Shown piece by piece: positions 45,757-54,630 of a stretch of 58,958 nt of DNA. How positions within the stretch are numbered: the stretch's first letter is position 1; every line of letters begins with the position of its first letter. A model generated the notes under the pieces. That model was not told the DNA's origin and searched no databases. It saw only the letters and a program-made list of their open reading frames with translations. Source of the DNA: a bacterium. Its GTDB lineage: Bacteria > Patescibacteriota > Minisyncoccia > UBA6257. The position numbers and the translations under genes are program-made. The stretch is taken from assembly GCA_039793615.1 (NCBI GenBank), contig JBAMLJ010000028.1, forward strand, positions 1-58,958. Direction: 5' to 3'.

Positions 45757-46617
45757 TTATTTTTGACATTTGGGACAATAAAAAGTGGAGCGATTATTTT
45801 CAGTTTTCCGAAGAATAATACCATTACAGCGAGGACATTTTTCTCCTTCTTTTTGATAAATTTTTAAGAATTTCCCAAAATTTCCTTTCCTCCCATAAAG
45901 ATCACGATAAGCCTCATCCTTGGCAGAGGTGCCGCGATAAGTAATCGCTTTCATAAGTATTTTTCTTATTACTAAAAATAAGGTATTAATTTCTTCGGCT
46001 GATAAAGAATTAGCTTTCCGGAAGGGATTAATTTTAGCCTCAAATAAAATTTCGTTAGCATAAATATTACCAATCCCACTGATATATTTTTGATCCATTA
46101 AGAATTTTTTAACGCTTATTTTTACCTTTTTTAGTTTTTCACTTAAATATTCTTTAGTAAATTTATTAGTCAAAGGATCGGGGCCTAATTTTTTTTCAAA
46201 ATCATCCATTTCTTTTAAAGAAATTATCTTAACTTTAGCAAAACGACGGCTATCTGATAAAACTAATTTCTTTGAATTATCTAACATAAAAACCCAATGA
46301 ATATACAAATTTTGTCGATCTAGATAAAGACCTTTTTCTTTGGGCACCCACTTATTATTTTCTAATTTATATTGACCTAATAATAAATGTCCGGTTAATT
46401 TTAAATGAAACCATAAAACATTTTTATTTTGAAAAATAATAAAAATATTTTTTCCTTTTCGAACAACTTCTTCTATCTTTTGATTAAATATTTTTTTCTC
46501 AAATTCTTTTTTATCAAAATCTTTTAAATTATCAGTCCAAACATCAATAATTCGCCTTCTTTTTAAGGCTTTATTTAAATCTCTTTTTATTGTTTCTATT
46601 TCTGGTAATTCTGGCAT
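45757..46617 (-). CDS. mutM: Formamidopyrimidine-DNA glycosylase
   Basis: MPELPEIETI (catalytic Pro2/Glu3), the H2TH region, and a C-terminal zinc finger CPRCNG...FYCPKCQ. Confidence 0.9.
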   Translation of the reverse strand: MPELPEIETIKRDLNKALKRRRIIDVWTDNLKDFDKKEFEKKIFNQKIEEVVRKGKNIFIIFQNKNVLWFHLKLTGHLLLGQYKLENNKWVPKEKGLYLDRQNLYIHWVFMLDNSKKLVLSDSRRFAKVKIISLKEMDDFEKKLGPDPLTNKFTKEYLSEKLKKVKISVKKFLMDQKYISGIGNIYANEILFEAKINPFRKANSLSAEEINTLFLVIRKILMKAITYRGTSAKDEAYRDLYGRKGNFGKFLKIYQKEGEKCPRCNGIILRKTENNRSTFYCPKCQK

Positions 46618-46762
46618 AGTAAAAATAATTTACAATTTCTAATTTACAATTTTTAATCTTTTCAATCAATATCACAATTTTAAATTTTCAAACCTCTAAT
46701 ATCTATTTGTAAATTTAATCATTAAAAATGTATTGTAAATTGTAAATTGAGAATTGAAAATT

Positions 46763-48079
46763 CTATTGAGGAGGAATATATATCGGATCAAGAGGCAAAG
46801 AAAAAGTAAAAATAGAACCGCGCCCAACTTCTGATTTTACCCAAATCCTTCCCCCGTGACGTTCAACAATATTTTTTGCTAAATATAAACCTAATCCAGT
46901 ACCACTTGTTTCTTCTTTAATAACTTTTTCCGAACGGAAAAATTTAGTAAATAATCGATCTAAATCTTTTTTCTCAATTCCGATTCCCGTATCCTGAATA
47001 GAAATATTAATAAATGGTTTAGCGTTATCCATGGATAAACTTACATGTACTTCTCCGTTTTGAACATTATATTTTATCGCGTTATCAATCAAAATCTCTA
47101 AAACTAATTTAATTCTTATCGGATCAAAAACAAATGAATCTAATTTAAAATCAGGGCGATGAAATATTAGTTTTATATTTCTTTGTTTTGCCGATGGTTC
47201 AAATTTAGTTAAAGCTTCTTCAATTAAAGGAATAATATCGGTTCGCGTAAATTGAAAACCAAATCTTCCCTCCTCGATTTGAGCAGCATTCAATAAATCT
47301 TCGACCGTTTTTAAACTTGATTGAATTGCTAATTGCCCTTGTAATAATAATTGTTCTTGCTCTTTAGTTAAAGAACCAAGTTCTTTTTTTAACATCATCT
47401 CGAAAATCCATGATAAACCAGCTAAGGGAGTTCGTAATTGATGAGCAGCAACTGTAATAAAATCCTTTTGTATTTTTTGTAGAGTTTCTTCTTTTGTTAA
47501 ATCATGAATAATTTTTACAAAACCATAATCATGATTGTTTTCATCAATTACTTTTGAGGTAATAATTTCCAGAGTTCTTTCAGGATTATTAAATTTCACC
47601 TTTATCTTTTGGGGATAAGCATCGGTACTTTTTTCTAAAACTAAGGGGGCTAAACTAGGAAACATAATCCTTGCTAAAAATCCATAACGATCATTATTCA
47701 CTAACTCGGGAGTAATAATTTTTCCAATAATTTCTTTTTTAGATATGCCAACTAATTTTTCTAAAGCAGAATTAACCAAAATTATTTCAAAATCTTTAGT
47801 ATAGGTAATAACCGGGTCATCAATGCTTAAAATAATAGCATTAATCTGTCCTTTTTCTAAAATCAAACGGCTTTTAACATCGATTAGATTCAAAGTAATA
47901 AGACTTAAAATTAACCACAAAATAAAGATAAAAACACTTAAACTAACAAAAATAATAGCTGAAGCATTTAAAAGTAAAGTAAGAATTAAATTCGTAATAG
48001 CTAATAAGCCAAGAAATAAAAAGGGCAAAAATTCATTATCAAAAAAATGTTGTTGAATTTTTCTAAAAAAATTCGTCAT
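46763..48079 (-). CDS. Sensor histidine kinase (2 TM, PAS, HisKA, HATPase_c), no adjacent response regulator
   Basis: H-box AAHQLRTPL, N-box DNAIKYN, and G-boxes DTGIGI / GTGLGL. Confidence 0.85.
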   Translation of the reverse strand: MTNFFRKIQQHFFDNEFLPFLFLGLLAITNLILTLLLNASAIIFVSLSVFIFILWLILSLITLNLIDVKSRLILEKGQINAIILSIDDPVITYTKDFEIILVNSALEKLVGISKKEIIGKIITPELVNNDRYGFLARIMFPSLAPLVLEKSTDAYPQKIKVKFNNPERTLEIITSKVIDENNHDYGFVKIIHDLTKEETLQKIQKDFITVAAHQLRTPLAGLSWIFEMMLKKELGSLTKEQEQLLLQGQLAIQSSLKTVEDLLNAAQIEEGRFGFQFTRTDIIPLIEEALTKFEPSAKQRNIKLIFHRPDFKLDSFVFDPIRIKLVLEILIDNAIKYNVQNGEVHVSLSMDNAKPFINISIQDTGIGIEKKDLDRLFTKFFRSEKVIKEETSGTGLGLYLAKNIVERHGGRIWVKSEVGRGSIFTFSLPLDPIYIPPQ

Positions 48080-48096
48080 AAAAATACATCGTAATT

Positions 48097-50685
48097 TTAA
48101 TCTAAATCACCCCAATTATCACCGATGGCACTATTTGTTTTAAGAGGAACTATTAAAAGATAGGCATGATTCATAATATCAATTAATTGAGGCAATACTT
48201 CTTTTATTATCTCAGTTTTTACCTCAAAAATCAATTCATCATGGATTTGTAAAATTAATCGCACTTTATTTTCATAATTATTCTCCTTAATAAAGTTAAA
48301 ACAATTAATCATTGCTAATTTAATGATATCACTAGCTAATCCCTGAATGGGCATATTAATTGCCATTCTTTCTTCTTCGCGACCAATCTGTCCTAAAGAA
48401 CCGATTAAAGGCAGAATCCTTTTTCTTCCTAAAATTGTTTGCGAATACCCTAATTCTTTCGCCTGTTTTAAAGTATTATCTAAATACATCTTTAAACCAC
48501 TAAATTCTTCGAAATATTTTTCTTTAAATGCTTTTGCTTCTTTTAAACTAATATTAGCACTCTCACTTAAAGACTTATCTCCAATGCCATATAAAATGCC
48601 AAAATTAATAATTTTTGCTAATCTTCTTAACTCTGGTGTGACTTCTGATTCTTTAATATTCTTAAGATAACTTGCAGTTAAAGTATGAATATCTTTATCT
48701 GATTTAAAAGCTTCGATTAATTTAGAATCCTGAGATAAATGAGCAGCAATTCTTAATTCAATTTGAGAATAATCTAATGATAAAAACTGAAAACCCTCTT
48801 GCGCTTTAAAAGCATGTCTAATTTTCTTCCCCCACTCCCCTTTTAAAGGAATATTCTGTAAATTTGGTTCTTCAGAAGATAAACGACCAGTACTTGTTCC
48901 CGTTTGTTTCCAAATAGTATGAATTCGCTTTGTTAAAGGATTAATAAATTGGGGTAACGGGATTAAAAAACTATTTAACATCTTTTCTAGTTGACGATAT
49001 TCAATAATTTTAGGAACAATAGGGTGATCATTTTTGATTTTTTCTAATTCATTAATATCAGTAGAAGGAATGCCGGAAGCTGTTTTCCTTACTTTATTAA
49101 TATCTAATTTCAAATCAGTAAACAAAACTTCAGCTAATTTTTGGTAAGAATTAATATTAAATGTTTTTTGGGCTAAATGATAAATTTCTGAAGCTAATTT
49201 TTGAATTTCATCTTCAGCCTCTTTTGATAATTCATCTAATTCTTGAGAATCAGCAAAAATACCGTTTTTTTCCATTGATACTAAAACAGGAATCAGTGGT
49301 TTTTCAATTGTTTCCCATAAATGTTTTAAATTAAGTGACTGTACCTTATTTTCAATTTCCTCTCCTAAATTTATAATTTCTTGTAAATAATTTAATTTTT
49401 CATTAAAAGTTTTCTTAAGGAAAAATTTAACTAATGATGATAATTCGTAATTTTTTCTTTCAGAATCAATAAGCCAACTTAAAATTTCTAAATCTTTTAA
49501 ATCTAAATTTTTTACCTCTTCTATTTCTTCAATTAAATTTTTTAATCCTAAAGTATAACCAGGAATTTTAAAATTAATTTGATTTATTTTCTTTTTGAAA
49601 TCATTTAATTTTTTTTCTTCTAAAAAATATACTCCGTGAGGCAAAATTATATATAAACCATTAATTTGCCTCTCATAAATTTTTTTACCATTGTAGTCTA
49701 AATACAACCCGTATTTTAAAGAAGAGTTTATTTTTTTAATAACCTCATCTAAATCTTCATTATTATTTATATAATTTAAGTTTACTTTAATCTCTGGTGT
49801 TGTTAATGGTTTCGAAGTTAAACGGTTTAATAAACTATTAAAACCTAACGTTTTAAATAGCGGGGCAATCTTATCCAAAGGAGGTTCATGATATCTTAAA
49901 TCTTCTAAAGAATAATCTAAAGGAATAGTAGTATCAATTAGAGATAAATGGCGACTAAAATAAGCTTGATCTTTATTTTCTAAAAGCGTCTTTTTTAATT
50001 TTTCACTGAGAGAAGTAATTTTTTTATTACTTTCTAAAGCTTCGTATAAATTATCTAAGGAACCAAATTCCTTAATAAGCTTAATTGCTGTTTTTTCACC
50101 CACTGAAGGTACCCCGGGAATATTATCAGAAGGATCTCCTTTTAAAGCTTTAAAATCAATTAATTGTTTTGGTATTAAATCATATTTTTCCTTAATTGCT
50201 TTTTCGTCATAAATTACCACGTCTTGCAAACCCTTTTTAAAAGTATAAATTTTCGTTTTATCATTAACCAATTGAAGAGTATCTAAATCGCCAGTTACAA
50301 TAATAAATTCTAAATCTTCGTGATAAAATTTATTTACCAAAGAACCAATAATATCATCGGCTTCATAGCTTTCCTGAGCAATTATGGGAATCCCCCATGT
50401 GTTCAAAATATTTTTTAAAACACCAATTTGCTCATAAAAATTATCTGGTGCTTTTACTCTTTGAGCTTTATATTCTTTATACTCTAAGTGGCGAAAAGTT
50501 GGTTTTGCTAAATCAAAAGCAGCCACTAAGTAATCCGGTTTTAAAATATCAATCATTTTTAAAAACACCAACAAAAAACCATAAACTGCATTTACTAATT
50601 TTCCCTCAGGAGAAACTAAAGGTGGTAAGGCATGATAAGCCCGATGAGCCAAAGCATAGCTATCAACAATGACAAATTTTTTCAT
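48097..50685 (-). CDS. polA: DNA polymerase I
   Basis: 5' nuclease domain (GDPSDNIPGVPSVGEKTA) and polymerase motifs LDYSQIELR, RRLAKIINFGILYG and QIHDELIFE. Confidence 0.95.
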   Translation of the reverse strand: MKKFVIVDSYALAHRAYHALPPLVSPEGKLVNAVYGFLLVFLKMIDILKPDYLVAAFDLAKPTFRHLEYKEYKAQRVKAPDNFYEQIGVLKNILNTWGIPIIAQESYEADDIIGSLVNKFYHEDLEFIIVTGDLDTLQLVNDKTKIYTFKKGLQDVVIYDEKAIKEKYDLIPKQLIDFKALKGDPSDNIPGVPSVGEKTAIKLIKEFGSLDNLYEALESNKKITSLSEKLKKTLLENKDQAYFSRHLSLIDTTIPLDYSLEDLRYHEPPLDKIAPLFKTLGFNSLLNRLTSKPLTTPEIKVNLNYINNNEDLDEVIKKINSSLKYGLYLDYNGKKIYERQINGLYIILPHGVYFLEEKKLNDFKKKINQINFKIPGYTLGLKNLIEEIEEVKNLDLKDLEILSWLIDSERKNYELSSLVKFFLKKTFNEKLNYLQEIINLGEEIENKVQSLNLKHLWETIEKPLIPVLVSMEKNGIFADSQELDELSKEAEDEIQKLASEIYHLAQKTFNINSYQKLAEVLFTDLKLDINKVRKTASGIPSTDINELEKIKNDHPIVPKIIEYRQLEKMLNSFLIPLPQFINPLTKRIHTIWKQTGTSTGRLSSEEPNLQNIPLKGEWGKKIRHAFKAQEGFQFLSLDYSQIELRIAAHLSQDSKLIEAFKSDKDIHTLTASYLKNIKESEVTPELRRLAKIINFGILYGIGDKSLSESANISLKEAKAFKEKYFEEFSGLKMYLDNTLKQAKELGYSQTILGRKRILPLIGSLGQIGREEERMAINMPIQGLASDIIKLAMINCFNFIKENNYENKVRLILQIHDELIFEVKTEIIKEVLPQLIDIMNHAYLLIVPLKTNSAIGDNWGDLD

Positions 50686-50690
50686 AAAAA

Positions 50691-51170
50691 TTAAAGTTTG
50701 AAAGGAAAATAAATTTCGATTAATCTTTTATCGTCAGCGATAATTTTAAATTTAAGACGAAGGGAATTTTTTGGTAATAATTTTTTAATTTTGTTACCCC
50801 ACTCAATAAAAATAATATTATTTTTATCATTAATAATATCTTGTAAACCAATCTCAGTTAATGATTTTTTATCAAAAACGCGATAGCAATCTAAATGCCA
50901 TAAACTTTTAAAGAAACAATCATTCAAATCATATTTTCTCATCACAATAAAAGTCGGGCTAATAATTTTATTTTTTAATTTTAAACTCTTTGCTATTCCT
51001 TTTAAAAATTCTGTTTTCCCGCTTCCTAAACTACCCTCTAAGGAAACAACTATTGCTTTTCCTTTAAAATATTTTTGAAAAAATTCCTTGTTATAAAAAA
51101 TCGTTTTGATTAATAAATCAGCTAAATCATGGGTTTCTTTTATACTTTTACTTTCTAATAAAATCTTCAT
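50691..51170 (-). CDS. tsaE: tRNA t6A37 biosynthesis ATPase TsaE
   Basis: LEGSLGSGKTEFLKG Walker A, SPTF, and HLDCYR. Confidence 0.85.
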   Translation of the reverse strand: MKILLESKSIKETHDLADLLIKTIFYNKEFFQKYFKGKAIVVSLEGSLGSGKTEFLKGIAKSLKLKNKIISPTFIVMRKYDLNDCFFKSLWHLDCYRVFDKKSLTEIGLQDIINDKNNIIFIEWGNKIKKLLPKNSLRLKFKIIADDKRLIEIYFPFKL

Positions 51171-51191
51171 AAATTGTATTTTAACATATTT

Positions 51192-51220
51192 TTGACTTTA
51201 AGGGAAAGAGATGAGATAAT
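51192..51220 (+). promoter_or_regulatory. Candidate sigma70 promoter for the tandem PilB gene
   Basis: TTGACT (51192-51197), a 17-nt spacer, then GATAAT (51215-51220). It sits 21 nt upstream of the ATG. Confidence 0.45.
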
Positions 51221-51241
51221 AAATATATAATTTAGTTTATT

Positions 51242-54142
51242 ATGGATGATATTTTAAAGAAACAACAAGATAAAATCAAGCGTCTTTGGCAAGATTCAAA
51301 AGAAAGATTAACAAACGAATTAGCGATAAAAAAGAATCTTTTGTATGCTAATTTAAAATTAGTGAATATTAGCCCAAGTGCTGTTGAAGTTATTCCCGAA
51401 GAAGAAGCAAAACAAGCACGAGCAGTTGTTTTTGAAAAAGTAAGCAATAATTTAAGATTGGGTGTCGTTGATCCTGATAATCTAGAAACAATAAAACTAA
51501 TCGAGAAATTAAAAGCACAAAACTATCGCGTTGTTATTTATGTTATTACCGAAGAAAGCCTAAAACATGCTTTATCTTATTATCAATTCGTTAAAAAAAG
51601 AGCTAACGAAATTAGTAATTTTATTGATGTTAGTTCGATTAAAGAAATCGAATTTTCTAATTTAAATCAAGAGCTATTAAATTACCCTTCAACTGAAGTT
51701 ACCAGTATCATTGGTTTAATTTTAAAAACGGCTATTTTAATTGACGCCTCTGATATTCATATTGAACCACAAAGCAAGACAGCTTTAATTCGTTTTCGTG
51801 TTGGTGGGATTTTATACGAAGTAGCAGAAATTGATAAAGATAAATATCAAAAACTTTTATCGCGTTTTAAAATTTTAAGTGGAATCAAATTAAATATCAC
51901 TCTTTCTCCACAAAATGGACGTTTTACTATTAAAAATCATAATGATTTCTTTGATGTTCGTGTTTCCACTTTACCGGGCCCAGAAGGAGAATTTATTGTT
52001 TGCCGTATTTTAAATCCCAAAAGAGCTACTTTTGGATTAAAAGATTTAGGATTGAGAGAAAAAGATGAAAAACTTTTGAAAGAAGTAATGTCTTTACCTA
52101 ATGGAATGATAATTTTAACTGGTCCAACTGGTTCTGGTAAAACTACTACCCTATACGCTCTATTAAAAGAAAAAATTTCGCCGGGAATAAAAATTATAAC
52201 CATTGAAGATCCCATTGAATATCATATAAATGGCGTGAATCAAACACAAGTTTCTAAAGATTATACTTTCGAAACAGGTTTAAAATCGATTTTACGTCAG
52301 GATCCTGATGTTATTATGATTGGTGAGATGCGTGATAAAGAAACGGTCAAAATTGCCCTTCAAGCAGCTTTAACCGGGCACTTAGTTTTATCAACTCTAC
52401 ACACCAACGAAACAGCCGGAGCAATTGATCGTTTAAAAGAATTGGGAGCTGATTTAAATATCATTCCAGGAGCAGTACGTTTAATTGTAGCCCAAAGATT
52501 AGTAAGAAGACTATGTCCTTATTGTAAAGCAAAATACGAATTAACGCCTGAAGAAAAGCAACAAATCATTGATGCTTTCTCTATTTTATCTCCTAAAAGC
52601 GGGGTTAAAATTCCTAATGATATCCCCCTTATTTATAAAAGCGTTGGTTGTGAAAAATGCCATTATTTGGGTTATACTTCTCAAATTGGTCTTTTTGAAA
52701 TGATGCCTATTACTCCTAAAATTACTGAAAAAATACTACATAATGCCAGTAAAGACGAAATCAGAAAAACAGCTATTGACGAAGGAATGATTCCCCTTTT
52801 TCATGATGGTTTATTAAAGGTAATGGAAGGAATTACTTCTTTAGAGGAAATAATTCGTGTTGCTGGGGATATTGAATATGTAAAAAAGAGTTATGAAGAA
52901 CTTTTTTCTCAAACTCTTTTAAGAGGCATAAAACTCCTTCCTCAAGATGAAGAAAAAATTGAAGAATATCAAAAAAATAGAAAACCCATCAATGAATTAA
53001 TTGAAAATTTACCTTTAGACAAACAAATTCATTATCTTATTAGCTGGGCTTTAAAAGCTCGTGCTACTGATATTCATTTTGAACCCGAAGAAAAACAATT
53101 AGTAGTAAGAATTCGTGTTGACGGTATTTTGTATCTCTTAACCTCTTTCGATTTAAGCGAAGCTAATCAAATTTTAAACGAGATAAAATCTCTAAGTGGG
53201 TTAAATACCGAAGAAACACAAAAGGTTCAAGAGGGCCGTTTTCGCATTATCACTAAGGATAAATCATTAGATGTTCGCGTGTCTATTTTACCAAGTGGCT
53301 ATGGGGAAAGCGCTGTTTTAAGATTATTAGGAAGCGATATTAAAGCAGTTTCTATTAATAATATCGGATTATTAGACGAACAGAAAAAAATAGTTTTAGA
53401 ATCACTAAAAGATAAAGTTGGTTTAATTCTAACTACTGGCCCAACTTCCTCTGGGAAAACCACAACTCTTTTCGCTCTTCTTAAAGAATTAAATCAACCT
53501 GGAGTAAAAATTATTACTGTAGAGGACCCAATAGAATATCGTTTAGAAGGCGTTAATCAAACTCAGGTAAACGAAGAAAAAGGTTATACTTTTGCTAATG
53601 CTTTAAGAACTCTTCTAAGACAAAATCCCAATATCTTTCTTATCGGCGAAATTAGAGATGATGAAACTGCAAAAATGGCTTGGCAAGCAGCTCTAACCGG
53701 TCATTTAGTTTTATCAACCATTCATGCTAATGATACCCTAGAGGTTTTACCTCGTCTAAAAAGTCTAGGGATCGAAGCGCCTGATATTAAAAAAGCTTTA
53801 AGATTAGTAATTGCTCAAAGATTAGTAAGAAAATTATGCCCTTATTGCAAAAAAGAAGTATTAGCACCTAAAGAATTAAAAGAGTATATTGAACACGCTT
53901 TAGACAAATATCCTTCTTATAAAGACAAATTTAAACCTCCTTATAAAATTTATCAACCCTCGGGTTGCGAACATTGTAATTTTATTGGTTATTTAGGGCA
54001 AACAGCAATTTTTGAATTATCAACTCCACAAGATTTAGAAAAAGACAAACCAGAATTCCCCCGTTTGATTGATAGTGCCATTATAAAAATGCTAGAAGGA
54101 GAAACTTCTTTCGAAGAAATAAAAAGAGTTTTAGGAATATAA
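51242..54142 (+). CDS. Tandem-duplicated type II/IV secretion (GspE/PilB-family) ATPase: N1E-like domain plus two complete N2E-ATPase-Zn modules in one ORF
   Basis: Module A has GPTGSGKTTT, ITIEDPIEY, DPDVIMIGEMRD, TGHLVLSTLHTN and CPYC...CEKC. Module B has GPTSSGKTTT, ITVEDPIEY, NPNIFLIGEIRD, TGHLVLSTIHAN and CPYC...CEHC. 966 aa, uninterrupted. Confidence 0.85.
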   Translation: MDDILKKQQDKIKRLWQDSKERLTNELAIKKNLLYANLKLVNISPSAVEVIPEEEAKQARAVVFEKVSNNLRLGVVDPDNLETIKLIEKLKAQNYRVVIYVITEESLKHALSYYQFVKKRANEISNFIDVSSIKEIEFSNLNQELLNYPSTEVTSIIGLILKTAILIDASDIHIEPQSKTALIRFRVGGILYEVAEIDKDKYQKLLSRFKILSGIKLNITLSPQNGRFTIKNHNDFFDVRVSTLPGPEGEFIVCRILNPKRATFGLKDLGLREKDEKLLKEVMSLPNGMIILTGPTGSGKTTTLYALLKEKISPGIKIITIEDPIEYHINGVNQTQVSKDYTFETGLKSILRQDPDVIMIGEMRDKETVKIALQAALTGHLVLSTLHTNETAGAIDRLKELGADLNIIPGAVRLIVAQRLVRRLCPYCKAKYELTPEEKQQIIDAFSILSPKSGVKIPNDIPLIYKSVGCEKCHYLGYTSQIGLFEMMPITPKITEKILHNASKDEIRKTAIDEGMIPLFHDGLLKVMEGITSLEEIIRVAGDIEYVKKSYEELFSQTLLRGIKLLPQDEEKIEEYQKNRKPINELIENLPLDKQIHYLISWALKARATDIHFEPEEKQLVVRIRVDGILYLLTSFDLSEANQILNEIKSLSGLNTEETQKVQEGRFRIITKDKSLDVRVSILPSGYGESAVLRLLGSDIKAVSINNIGLLDEQKKIVLESLKDKVGLILTTGPTSSGKTTTLFALLKELNQPGVKIITVEDPIEYRLEGVNQTQVNEEKGYTFANALRTLLRQNPNIFLIGEIRDDETAKMAWQAALTGHLVLSTIHANDTLEVLPRLKSLGIEAPDIKKALRLVIAQRLVRKLCPYCKKEVLAPKELKEYIEHALDKYPSYKDKFKPPYKIYQPSGCEHCNFIGYLGQTAIFELSTPQDLEKDKPEFPRLIDSAIIKMLEGETSFEEIKRVLGI

Positions 54143-54146
54143 AAAT

Positions 54147-54225
54147 AAAATTACAAACAATAAAAAGAAATATTCCATTCAGTATTCAATATGAATATGA
54201 AGGCTTAAAAATTAAAAATTAATAA
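54147..54225 (+). repeat. Composite intergenic module (AAATTACAAA - A-rich - heptamer array - AAAAATT tracts), copy f
   Basis: aaaattacaaacaataaaaagaaatattccattcagtattcaatatgaatatgaaggcttaaaaattaaaaattaataaaa. Homologous to the copies at 54496-54585 and 58877-58958. Confidence 0.7.
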
Positions 54226-54399
54226 AAAACCCATTAACCTGCAGGCAAAGTTCCCTCATCAAGAGGAATTTAGAATTCGATCAAGGTACATTTCAGTCGG
54301 AACCAAAATGCCCATTGATACAGAATTCCAACAAGCCATCCACAAATATTGTAGCTTGTTTGCCCACAGATTAATGGGTTTTTTAAAATTAAAAATACT
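54224..54399 (-). ncRNA. Unclassified structured RNA of about 175 nt (6S-like candidate, class not established)
   Basis: A perfect 14-bp closing helix 54224-54237/54371-54384, extended by 54239-41/54367-69 and 54244-49/54359-64. There are internal hairpins and an apical stem 54280-93/54306-19. Two near-consensus promoters lie upstream on the minus strand, and the 3' stem is followed by U6. The region is a GC-richer island. Confidence 0.5.
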
Positions 54400-54405
54400 A
54401 ACTAT

Positions 54406-54434
54406 ATAGTAGCACAAAAATATTCTTTTGTCAA
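54406..54434 (-). promoter_or_regulatory. Proximal sigma70 promoter (P2) for the 54224-54399 RNA
   Basis: Minus strand reads TTGACA (54434-54429), a 17-nt spacer, then TGC-TACTAT (54414-54406, extended -10). Confidence 0.5.
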
Positions 54435-54455
54435 GAAATGGTGGCAACGTTATTT

Positions 54456-54483
54456 ATTATATTCAAACTTTCCTCTTTGTCAA
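54456..54483 (-). promoter_or_regulatory. Distal consensus sigma70 promoter (P1)
   Basis: Minus strand reads TTGACA (54483-54478), a 16-nt spacer, then TATAAT (54461-54456). Both hexamers are perfect consensus. Confidence 0.5.
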
Positions 54484-54495
54484 GACAAAAAAGCA

Positions 54496-54585
54496 AAAAT
54501 TACAAATAAAAGAAAAATTACCTGGTATTCAGTATTAAGTATTAAGTATAGAGATTTAAAAATTAAAAATTAAAAATTTATTATT
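54496..54585 (+). repeat. Composite intergenic module, copy g
   Basis: aaaattacaaataaaagaaaaattacctGGTATTC AGTATTA AGTATTA AGTATAG agatttaaaaattaaaaattaaaaatt. Confidence 0.7.
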
Positions 54586-54630
54586 TTTTATTATATTTAT
54601 TATTATATTTCAAATTCTGGATTCTAATTT

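Noticed and set aside
42085-52215. ORFs 42085-42336(+), 47823-48056(+), 48347-48670(+), 50397-50672(+), 51232-51447(-) and 51937-52215(-), plus 56111-56317(+) and 58436-58687(+) further on
   Set aside because: All are antisense or shadow frames within the permease, HK, polA, PilB, ligase-like and HExxH genes. None has an independent signal.
54255-54300. Hammerhead-like string CUUGAUGAGGGAAC on the minus strand of the ncRNA
   Set aside because: It is not the CUGAUGA core, and no matching GAAA or cleavage-site arrangement could be built around it.
54259-54447. 62-aa minus-strand ORF from the track, overlapping the structured RNA locus
   Set aside because: Its start lies upstream of the proximal promoter and its body coincides with the helices of the RNA. 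The composition is odd (Cys/Trp-rich, low complexity) and I recognise no motif. It is more likely a chance ORF in a GC-richer RNA gene.
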